In this document: positions 47,844 through 55,736 of the stretch, one piece after another
How the letters are laid out: every line of letters starts with the position of its first letter
How positions within the stretch are numbered: position 1 is the stretch's first letter
Assembly (NCBI GenBank): GCA_964607415.1
Contig: CAZSKK010000001.1
Coordinates: 68,190-132,189 of the forward strand
From: an uncultured Candidatus Saccharibacteria bacterium
GTDB lineage: Bacteria; Patescibacteriota; Dojkabacteria; J137
DNA: 64,000 nt
Direction: 5' to 3'
The notes under the pieces: model-generated
Database searches by the model: none
Told to the model about the DNA's origin: nothing
The model's input: only the letters and a program-made list of their open reading frames with translations
Translations under genes and position numbers: made by a program

Positions 47844-48584
47844 ATGAATCTTCAAGACAAAGTTGTTTTAATCACCGGTTCTTCAAGCGGAATAGGTAAA
47901 GCTACTGCATTAAGATTTGCAAAAGAAGGCGCCAAAGTTGTTGTTAATTATAAAACTAATAAAGATGGAGGTGAGAAAGCCATTAAAGAAATCGAAGCTA
48001 TGGGTGCAACTGCTCTACTTGTTCAGGCAGACGTATCCAATCCTACTGAAGTAAAAAGATTATTTGAAGAAGTTGTTAAAAAATTTGGTACTGTTGATAT
48101 TCTTATAAATAATGCAGCAATTCCAAGTGATCAAGTTCCATATTTTGAAGCTTCACATGATGATATTATCCAGCTTGTAAATACGGATTTAGTTGGCCCA
48201 ATGATTTGTGCTCAAGAAGCAATAAAGTTAATGAAAAAACAAGGATATGGCAAGATTTTTAATACAAGTTCGATTAGAGGATGGGAACATGGAGGACGTT
48301 CAGTGGTTTACGCAGCTTCAAAGGCAGGTCTAAATAGCTTTACAAGGACTTTAGCAAAACATGTTGCACCAGAAATTCAAGTTAATGCAGTTGCTCCTGG
48401 TTTTGTAAAAACTAGAAATTATGATGCAATGTCTGAAGAGCAAATTAAAACTTTTATAGATCAGACAATTTTAAAAAGATGGGTAACTGAAGATGAAATT
48501 GCAGATGCTTTTTTATTCTTGGCAAAAAACGATGCAATGACAGGTCAGGTTTTGTATGTAGATGCTGGATTTACACTAAAATAA
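47844..48584 (+). CDS. Short-chain dehydrogenase/reductase (FabG-like)
   Basis: VVLITGSSSGIGKA (TGxxxGxG); NNAA; catalytic YAASKAGL. Confidence 0.85.
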   Translation: MNLQDKVVLITGSSSGIGKATALRFAKEGAKVVVNYKTNKDGGEKAIKEIEAMGATALLVQADVSNPTEVKRLFEEVVKKFGTVDILINNAAIPSDQVPYFEASHDDIIQLVNTDLVGPMICAQEAIKLMKKQGYGKIFNTSSIRGWEHGGRSVVYAASKAGLNSFTRTLAKHVAPEIQVNAVAPGFVKTRNYDAMSEEQIKTFIDQTILKRWVTEDEIADAFLFLAKNDAMTGQVLYVDAGFTLK

Positions 48585-48590
48585 TTTTAA

Positions 48591-49217
48591 TTGAGTATGA
48601 CAAACTTTCTAACGGAACAAGAACAAAATACAATTAATTTCTATAATGCTCAAAGTCAAAAATGGGCAGATGGGCATAACACTGAAAGGTTTTGGGGTGA
48701 AAGCGTTGATGCTTTTCAGGAGCTTTTAGCAGACGGGAAAGTTATAGAAATTGGTTGTGGTGGTGGACGTGATGCAAAAGAGCTTGTAGCTATGGGATAT
48801 GATTATACAGGAACAGATATTTCAGAAGGGTTTCTTGAGGTTGCAAGGCAAGCTTTGCCGGATCAAAATTTTTTCCAAGCTAGTGTTTATGATTTGAGTA
48901 ATCTTGTTGAAGACGCATTATTTGATGGGTTTTGGTGCTCTGCAGTTTTGCTTCATATTCCTAAAGATCGTATAGATGAAGCTTTAAATTCTATTAAAAA
49001 AGTTGTACGTGAAGGTGGAATAGGTTTTATCTCAATAAAAGAAGGAAGCGACGATGTTATAAAGAAAGAAGGTGATTTAGAAAGAAATTTCTATATGTAT
49101 CAAGATGACGAATTTAGAGAAGTATTGGCGCGCAATTCAATCGAAGTTATGAACTTTAGATATATGCCAATGAACGAACGCACAAAGTGGCTAATTTATG
49201 TTGTTAGGATAGCTTAA
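48591..49217 (+). CDS. Class I SAM-dependent methyltransferase
   Basis: VIEIGCGGGRDAKEL motif I; acidic GTDIS. Confidence 0.7.
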   Translation: MSMTNFLTEQEQNTINFYNAQSQKWADGHNTERFWGESVDAFQELLADGKVIEIGCGGGRDAKELVAMGYDYTGTDISEGFLEVARQALPDQNFFQASVYDLSNLVEDALFDGFWCSAVLLHIPKDRIDEALNSIKKVVREGGIGFISIKEGSDDVIKKEGDLERNFYMYQDDEFREVLARNSIEVMNFRYMPMNERTKWLIYVVRIA

Positions 49218-49219
49218 AT

Positions 49220-49714
49220 ATGTTCATTCAAGTTGTTCCAGAAAATTTTACTCCACCAAATCTTGTAAAAGATAATTACATTGCAAGAAAACTTATGGCA
49301 TCTGATGCTGAATTAGACTTTGCTGCTGTTATGTCTAGCATTGATATTATCAAGGAAACTCGAGGCGGAAGTTGGCCATCGGAAAACTTAACTTTGGAAG
49401 AAGACAGAATAGATTTAAGCTGGCATCAACGAGAGTTTGAAAACAATTCTTCATTTGCATACACAGTTTTAAATAAAGATGAAACTAAGTGTTTAGGATG
49501 TTTTTATTTATACCCAATGGGTTTTAGAACTGATCTAGGAAATAATAATTCCAAATATGATATTGATGTATCGTGGTGGGTAACTCAGGAAATGTATAAT
49601 CAGGGCTTTTACGACCAATTAGGTGGAGATATAAAAGAATGGTTGGAAAAAGAGTGGCCGTTTAAGAAAGTTTACTTTTCAAATAAAATCTTACCGGAAG
49701 GGATCTTCAACTGA
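49220..49714 (+). CDS. Hypothetical protein (possibly GNAT-like)
   Basis: 164 aa ORF; weak. Confidence 0.2.
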   Translation: MFIQVVPENFTPPNLVKDNYIARKLMASDAELDFAAVMSSIDIIKETRGGSWPSENLTLEEDRIDLSWHQREFENNSSFAYTVLNKDETKCLGCFYLYPMGFRTDLGNNNSKYDIDVSWWVTQEMYNQGFYDQLGGDIKEWLEKEWPFKKVYFSNKILPEGIFN

Positions 49715-49942
49715 TTTGTATTGCAGCACAATGTGATGCAAACTTTCAAATGTTACTATTAACTCACCTCACCCGTCTTTCCCCGATAAATCGGGATCAA
49801 GACTACCCTCTCCTTCTGGAGAGGGAACTAGCACAAAACCCTTCTCCAGAAGGATGAGAATACATATTATGTATTCGAATGCAGCTATTAGCTCCACTCG
49901 ACAGCACAATGTGCTGTCTCAGGATGAGGTGAAAAATTAGTA
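49715..49942. repeat. Highly structured intergenic element with at least 5 GC-rich hairpins and terminal repeats
   Basis: Hairpins cccgat-aa-atcggg, ccctctcc-ttct-ggagaggg, ccttctcc / agaagg, tacata-t-tatgta and gacagcac-aat-gtgctgtc; direct repeat cagcacaatgtg at 49724 and 49902; outer inverted repeat cacctcac / gatgaggtg. Confidence 0.45.
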
Positions 49943-50299
49943 ATGGAAAAATCATTATATATAAATAAAAAACTTAATGCTTACGCACGAAAATTTCGTA
50001 AAGATTCAACTTTAGGTGAAGCAATTCTCTGGTCTAAATTGAAAAGTAGAAGTTTCCTTGGTCTTAAATTTCGGCGCCAAGTTCCAGTTAGCAACTACAT
50101 CCTCGACTTCTACTGCCCTAAACTTAACCTTGCAATTGAAATCGATGGTTCTACGCACGATGAAAATAAATATGATTATGATGTTGAAAGACAAAAAGAA
50201 ATTGAATCATTAGGGATTACAGTTTTAAGGTTTACAGAACATGAGGTTAAAACTAAACTTGATGATGTTTTACAAACGATTGAGCAAATAATAAAATGA
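49943..50299 (+). CDS. DUF559 endonuclease-domain protein (restriction-endonuclease-like fold)
   Basis: YILDFYCPKLNLAIEIDGSTHD, the characteristic DUF559 core. Confidence 0.7.
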   Translation: MEKSLYINKKLNAYARKFRKDSTLGEAILWSKLKSRSFLGLKFRRQVPVSNYILDFYCPKLNLAIEIDGSTHDENKYDYDVERQKEIESLGITVLRFTEHEVKTKLDDVLQTIEQIIK

Positions 50300-50955
50300 A
50301 ATTACCTATTACTTATTACTTATTATTCTTTCTCATGAAGTTATTCCTAGCATCTGAAATAAAACACCCTGAAAGCATTAAAAAACTTATTGACTATACA
50401 GGAGGGTTGGAAGGTAAAAAGATTGCCTTTATTCCAACCGGCTCCAATGGTGAAATTGAATTTGGAAACTGGAAAGGTGGAAGCTGGGCTGCTGCAAATA
50501 ATTTAGGCGCAACTGTAAAAGCTGTTCAACTGGAAGATTACAAAAACTCGTCAGTTATTAAAGAACTTGAAGACCAAGATCTGATTTGGATGCATGGTGG
50601 AATGAGCGGATATTTACTCTATTGGATTAGACGATGCGAAATTGATAAACATTTGCCAAGGCTTCTTGAAAAATCTTTATATGTTGGCTCAAGTGCAGGT
50701 GCCATGATTTTAGCCAAAGATCAGGATATGTCCGAATGGTACATTGGAGAATCTGAACCAGGCGCAGCTTTAATTCCAGGCTTGGATCTTGTTGATTTCA
50801 ACTTCTATCCTCATTATGAAGATCACTTATACGATGAAATTAAAAAAAGATATAAAGGCAACAAAATGTATCTTGTTAAAAATGGAGAGGTTATAATAGT
50901 TGAAGATGGGAAAGTAACTGTTTTGGGAGAGGAAAGAATTATTCAGAACAAATAA
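50296..50955 (+). CDS. Peptidase S51 (dipeptidase E / cyanophycinase-like) family protein
   Basis: KIAFIPTGS ... HGGMSG ... VGSSAGAMI pattern. Confidence 0.6.
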   Translation: MKLPITYYLLFFLMKLFLASEIKHPESIKKLIDYTGGLEGKKIAFIPTGSNGEIEFGNWKGGSWAAANNLGATVKAVQLEDYKNSSVIKELEDQDLIWMHGGMSGYLLYWIRRCEIDKHLPRLLEKSLYVGSSAGAMILAKDQDMSEWYIGESEPGAALIPGLDLVDFNFYPHYEDHLYDEIKKRYKGNKMYLVKNGEVIIVEDGKVTVLGEERIIQNK

Positions 50956-51053
50956 GCAATTTTCAAGTCAAAGAATTTACAAAAAGCACACTGTACTTTT
51001 GAGTGTAGCTAATAAATTAAACTAAAGTGCATAATATGCATTCTCACCCTCAA

Positions 51054-51114
51054 AGGAGGAAATCCAATGATTTTCCCCTCTTGAGAGGGGAAGAAAAAGC
51101 ATGTTATGCTTTTT
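51054..51114 (+). promoter_or_regulatory. Leader-like arrangement: strong SD + 5-codon mini-ORF (MIFPS) + GC hairpin + terminator-like hairpin, upstream of the DUF2461 gene
   Basis: aggagg N7 ATG ATT TTC CCC TCT TGA; cccctc-ttga-gagggg overlapping the stop codon; aaaagcat-gtt-atgctttt then T. Confidence 0.3.
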
Positions 51115-51156
51115 CAGGGGAGTGACATTCAATCAGAATTTTAATCTAATTTCCTT

Positions 51157-51822
51157 ATGCCTAAAATTGAGCCTTCAACAATTGAATTTTTATGGAATCT
51201 TTCTTTAAATAACAATAAAGAATGGTTTCATGGCCATAAAACTGAATATGAATTTGCTAAAAAGAACTTTCAAAATTTCAGTAATGAGCTTTTAGACGAA
51301 GTTGTAAAAATAGATCCGCTTGTAGCCAAATCAAAAGAAAAAGCTTTAAAATTTTTTAGAATTAATAGAGACATTAGATTCTCTAAAGATAAATCTCCAT
51401 ATAAAAATAATTTAGGGTGTGTAATTACTCCATTTGGTGATGGATCAGGTTATGGGCTTTATTATATTCATGTTGAACCAGAAAATTCAGGAATTGCTGG
51501 TGGAATGTATGTGATTGAACCTGAACTTCTTCTTAAAGTTAGAAAGTTAATTTCAAGTAAATTTACGGATTTTAAAAAAATTATTAATGAGCCTGAATTT
51601 AAAGAATATTTTGGAGCAATGGAGCAAGAAGATAAATTAAAAACGGCTCCAAAAGGCTTTGCAAAAGATGACCCTGCTATTGAATATTTAAAATTTAAAC
51701 ATTTTACCGTGTGGAAAGGCTTTACAAATAAACAAGTAATTGGGGATGATTTTTTTGATTCAGCAGTTGATGGTTTTAAAAAGATCAAAAAACTTAATGA
51801 CTTTTTGAATAAAGCGATCTAG
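51157..51822 (+). CDS. DUF2461 (TIGR02453) family protein
   Basis: EWFHGHKTEYE ... FRINRDIRFSKDKSPYKNNLG signature. Confidence 0.7.
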   Translation: MPKIEPSTIEFLWNLSLNNNKEWFHGHKTEYEFAKKNFQNFSNELLDEVVKIDPLVAKSKEKALKFFRINRDIRFSKDKSPYKNNLGCVITPFGDGSGYGLYYIHVEPENSGIAGGMYVIEPELLLKVRKLISSKFTDFKKIINEPEFKEYFGAMEQEDKLKTAPKGFAKDDPAIEYLKFKHFTVWKGFTNKQVIGDDFFDSAVDGFKKIKKLNDFLNKAI

Positions 51823-51889
51823 CTATCGGTAATCAGTTTTCTGTAACCTGATTAACTCGCAAACCCACTAACACGCAAACTTTTTATAT

Positions 51890-52255
51890 ATGAAATATGT
51901 ACTAAAACTTGAACAACTTGCTATATTTTTATTTTCAGTATATTTGTATTCTCAGAGCAAATTTGATGGATGGCTCTATATTTTGTTGTTCTTTACTCCA
52001 GATTTAAGCATGCTTGGCTATTTAGGAGGTAATAAAATTGGTGCAATAACGTATAATTTTATTCACCACCAAGCAGTTGCAGTGACAATATTTATTTTAG
52101 GACAAACTTTAGATATAAAAGCTTTTGCAATTTATGGATTAGTAATGTTAGGACACTCATCGTTAGACAGGGTCTTAGGCTTTGGATTAAAGACATTTAA
52201 AGGATTTAAAGAAACGCATTTAGCACAAACCCCTCCTTTAATTCCTCCCCTTTGA
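51890..52255 (+). CDS. Small membrane protein (DUF4260-like)
   Basis: Three or four hydrophobic segments; 121 aa. Confidence 0.35.
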   Translation: MKYVLKLEQLAIFLFSVYLYSQSKFDGWLYILLFFTPDLSMLGYLGGNKIGAITYNFIHHQAVAVTIFILGQTLDIKAFAIYGLVMLGHSSLDRVLGFGLKTFKGFKETHLAQTPPLIPPL

Positions 52256-52260
52256 TTAAA
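52237..52260. repeat. 24-nt perfect palindrome cctccccttt-gatt-aaaggggagg (copy 1). The stop codon of the upstream gene lies in the loop, and the right arm supplies the SD of the downstream gene
   Basis: 10-bp stem; second copy at 53989..54012 with loop aatt. Confidence 0.7.
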
Positions 52261-52270
52261 GGGGAGGAAG

Positions 52271-52807
52271 ATGGCTAAGCCAGCTGGAGGGGTTGTACAG
52301 AAAATACGCAAACTCTTTAACAACTTAACTATGACGGAACTTAAGAATCAAATTTTAAAATTCATTTCTTCAAGAAAACTTGTTTCCATTGCAACTATTG
52401 ATGGCAAAAATAATCCGTGGATTTGCAATGTTTACTTTTCACAAGACGATGACTTGAACATTTACTTTATTTCTCCAAAAGATACAAACCATTCAAAGCA
52501 TATTAAAAATAATGCAAATGTGGCATTTACAATAAACTGGTATGAAGAAGCCAAATTAGATAATAGAAAGGCAATTCAAGCGATAGGCATTTGTAAGCAG
52601 GTTGGACTAAAAGATCTAAAGTACAGTATTAAATGTATGATTAAAAAATATCCAGACTGGAAGGATTTCTTAACTTTTGAAAAAGTAACTAAAGATTTAA
52701 TTAAATCGAAAGTTTATAAAATTACACCAAGTTATATTAAGTATTGGGACGATGAGCTGTTTGGGGAGGAGGGAGTAAGGGAAATGATAGTGGTAAATAG
52801 TAACTAG
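52271..52807 (+). CDS. Pyridoxamine 5'-phosphate oxidase-like (split-barrel, FMN-binding) family protein
   Basis: KLVSIATIDGKNNPWICNVYF ... NIYFISPKDTNHSKHIKNNANVAF. Confidence 0.45.
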   Translation: MAKPAGGVVQKIRKLFNNLTMTELKNQILKFISSRKLVSIATIDGKNNPWICNVYFSQDDDLNIYFISPKDTNHSKHIKNNANVAFTINWYEEAKLDNRKAIQAIGICKQVGLKDLKYSIKCMIKKYPDWKDFLTFEKVTKDLIKSKVYKITPSYIKYWDDELFGEEGVREMIVVNSN

Positions 52808-52862
52808 TAGCAAGTAATTGGAAATAGAAATTAGTAAATACTGAAAAGTAAGAAGAAATTAG

Positions 52863-53189
52863 CTACTGTTCAAGCTGATTTTCTATTGATTCAACTTTAT
52901 AAACCTGACCATTTATTGTGAAGGAGTTCTCTGTTATAGAACTTGTGGAAACAGTCAAACTTGGTAGTGAATGCTCCACGTGCGATAGCTTTATAATTTC
53001 ATCATTCCCTTCTACATAGACAGGACTAACAATAAATTCTCCAATAGATTCTCCACTTAAGCTTAATTCAACTTTTACAGGGCTCATTTTTATGTAAGAA
53101 GTAAGAATTTCAGATGTAGCTCTAGATTTACCAAGAGAACGAGTTTCAATTTTGGGTAGATTGTTTAAAGTTTTAGCAAATGAGTTCAT
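52863..53189 (-). CDS. Hypothetical protein
   Basis: 108 aa ORF. Confidence 0.3.
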   Translation of the reverse strand: MNSFAKTLNNLPKIETRSLGKSRATSEILTSYIKMSPVKVELSLSGESIGEFIVSPVYVEGNDEIIKLSHVEHSLPSLTVSTSSITENSFTINGQVYKVESIENQLEQ

Positions 53190-53266
53190 AACTTATTTTT
53201 TAACCGAAGAGATTTTACCAAATTTTGGCAGCGTGTAAAGAGTTTAGCAAAAATTTTGGATATGTA

Positions 53267-53899
53267 TTAAACAAAGTTAAGTAGCTCGGAGATTCTGGTT
53301 ATTTGAAAGTCGGGTTTCAATGAATCTAAAAAAGCCTTAGAGTAAATTTTTCTATTTGAGTCTGGAATATGAAGAACCGTTTTAATACCAGCGTTTTTGC
53401 CGGCATTTATGTCCTTATCTGAATCACCCACCATTACTGCCAATTTGGGATCACCGTTTAACTTTTCTAAAGCCATTAAAACAGATTCTGGATTTGGCTT
53501 TTGTTTTGTTACATCTTCTGCAGCAATTACTACGTCAATAAACTTATTTATCTTAGTTTTTTCAATCAAACTTTCAGCCAAAGGCTTAGTATTTGTTGTT
53601 ACAATTGCAAGTTTTCTTCCTGTTTTGTGAAGCTCTTCAAGAGTTTCGTAAACTGTTGGGAATAGCTGTATGTTGTCACTCGCATCACTTGCAAATCCAA
53701 CTAAAACTTTATTAAACTCATCAGCACTTTTAGCGCCAAATTTATCAAAAACATCCCACCTTCCAAAAAAGCTTGGAATTTTTTCATCTGGAAATTCAAC
53801 ATTGTAATACTTTGCTGTTGCTTTGTAAGCGTTGAACCAAAGTTCTAATGTATCAGCCAAGTTTCCATCCCAATCTAAAAGAATATATTTATATCGCAT
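53267..53899 (-). CDS. HAD-family hydrolase (phosphatase)
   Basis: Motif I LLDWDGNLADT; motif III VGDSDKDINAGKNAG. Confidence 0.8.
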   Translation of the reverse strand: MRYKYILLDWDGNLADTLELWFNAYKATAKYYNVEFPDEKIPSFFGRWDVFDKFGAKSADEFNKVLVGFASDASDNIQLFPTVYETLEELHKTGRKLAIVTTNTKPLAESLIEKTKINKFIDVVIAAEDVTKQKPNPESVLMALEKLNGDPKLAVMVGDSDKDINAGKNAGIKTVLHIPDSNRKIYSKAFLDSLKPDFQITRISELLNFV

Positions 53900-53965
53900 T
53901 CAGGCATTATACGGTATTAAGTAGCGTTTGAATATAGTAGTGGAAGAATGTAGAATGAGATGAAT

Positions 53966-54027
53966 AACCCCTCCGGCACCAAGGTGCCACCTCCCCTTTA
54001 ATTAAAGGGGAGGAATTAAAGGAGGGG
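53966..54027. repeat. Nested palindromic element containing copy 2 of the 24-nt palindrome
   Basis: Outer aacccctcc / ggaggggtt; inner ggcacc-aa-ggtgcc and cctccccttt-aatt-aaaggggagg (53989..54012). Confidence 0.65.
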
Positions 54028-54054
54028 TTCTATTCCTTAACTAAAATAAAACCC

Positions 54055-54978
54055 ATGACTCAAAACTCAAAACCTACAACTCCAGTCACAGTCTTTACAG
54101 GAAGCCTTGGATCCGGAAAAACAACAGTTATTTTAAATCTTGTAAAACAATTACCCAAAGATTACAAAGTTATGTGGCTTAAAAATGAATACGGTGACGT
54201 AAGTATCGATTCGGAACTTGCAAAAGTCAGTAATATTCAAACGACGGAAATTTTAAACGGTTGCCTTTGCTGCGTGTTAATTGGAAGGCTTGGCGACGCT
54301 CTGGATGAAATTGCTAAAAAATACAAGCTGGATCGGTTGATTGTTGAAACTGCAGGAACTGCATACCCATACCCAATAATTAATGAAGTAAATTCTAAAA
54401 GTCAATTTAAGCTTGATGGACTGGTTACTATCATTGATGCATTAAACTACAATTTTTTTAATGACAAAAGTATTCTTGCAAGAACGCAAGCAAAATATGT
54501 TGATCTTGTTGTTGTTAATAAAACAAACCTTGTAGAAAAAGAAATTCTAGAAAACGTTTTGGATGGGGTTTACGAAATGTATTCATCAAACGCAAAATTC
54601 CAAACAAAAGATGGATTTGTGCCTAAAGATTTAATTTTAGGTTTGGATGCAAGATTGTCAAAAGATTTTATAAACGAACTTCAGCGCGAACACCATTCAG
54701 ATCATGTTGATGAGGTTGAAACTTTTAGCTTTGAGTTTGAAAAATCTAAATCATTTAAAAAAGATAAAATACAAAAGATTCTGTCTGAACTTCCCGTATC
54801 TGAATTCTATAGAATCAAAGGAATTATGAAGCTTGGCAATGATTTCTATATGGTAAATTATGTTTTGGGGAAAACCACTTTGCAGAAGCTTGAAGACTAT
54901 AATGGTAATTCCAAAATTACGTTTATGGGGAAAGGAATTACTTCGCAGAAAGATATTTTAGTTAAAGAATTTTATTAA
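54055..54978 (+). CDS. COG0523 (CobW/YeiR-type) metal-chaperone GTPase
   Basis: P-loop FTGSLGSGKTT; GCLCCV (CxCC) metal-binding motif. Confidence 0.85.
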   Translation: MTQNSKPTTPVTVFTGSLGSGKTTVILNLVKQLPKDYKVMWLKNEYGDVSIDSELAKVSNIQTTEILNGCLCCVLIGRLGDALDEIAKKYKLDRLIVETAGTAYPYPIINEVNSKSQFKLDGLVTIIDALNYNFFNDKSILARTQAKYVDLVVVNKTNLVEKEILENVLDGVYEMYSSNAKFQTKDGFVPKDLILGLDARLSKDFINELQREHHSDHVDEVETFSFEFEKSKSFKKDKIQKILSELPVSEFYRIKGIMKLGNDFYMVNYVLGKTTLQKLEDYNGNSKITFMGKGITSQKDILVKEFY

Positions 54979-55223
54979 ACTCTGGACATGAGGTTCTGTG
55001 ATTACCCTTCCCTTTACCTTTTTTCACTTAGTTCAGTGTGAGAGGAATAAACATTTGCACAACTCAAACTTCTGATGATCTTTTGCTCGCTTACTCTAAT
55101 CACATGTTTAATTAAATGTACACTAACTACTACTAATATTGGGCATGGATGCTAATTTTTTAATTAGACCCAAGTTTTCAAAAATGATAGGATTAAGTAA
55201 CTTTAAAAAGCTCCAAAATTTTT

Positions 55224-55721
55224 ATGAGAAGCGAATACGATCTGGAGCTAATTTTTGAACTCCATTTTGATAAAATCTACAAATTTTTTTATTTCAAAAC
55301 GCTTTCAAAGGAAATAGCTGAGGATTTAACATCTGAAACTTTTTTAGCATTTGCAGATAAACTTAAAAAAATTGATATCGATGATGAAAAAAAATATCTT
55401 TACGGAATTGCGAAAAATATTTTTACTAAGTTCTTAAAAACTAAATATAAAGAAAATATAGTTCACTTTGAAGATATTCAACAATTTGAAAATCTAGTTG
55501 AGAGTGTAAATAGTGAAAAATCTTTACACATGGAGGAGATCGCTTTGAAGTTTATAGATATGTTACCTGCGAAACAGCAGCAGGTAATAAGGTTGAGACT
55601 AATTGAAAAAGCCAGTCTTTCAGAAATTACTGAGAAGCTAGGTAAAAATATGAATTATGTTAAGACAACTCAAAAACGAGGGCTAAAGAACTTAAAAAAA
55701 ATAATTGCTTGTACACCATAA
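55224..55721 (+). CDS. ECF-type sigma-70 family sigma factor
   Basis: Region 2-like N-terminus; region 4 HTH LSEITEKLGKNMNYVKTTQKRGLKNLKK. Confidence 0.7.
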   Translation: MRSEYDLELIFELHFDKIYKFFYFKTLSKEIAEDLTSETFLAFADKLKKIDIDDEKKYLYGIAKNIFTKFLKTKYKENIVHFEDIQQFENLVESVNSEKSLHMEEIALKFIDMLPAKQQQVIRLRLIEKASLSEITEKLGKNMNYVKTTQKRGLKNLKKIIACTP

Positions 55722-55736
55722 ATTACTATAAAGTAT

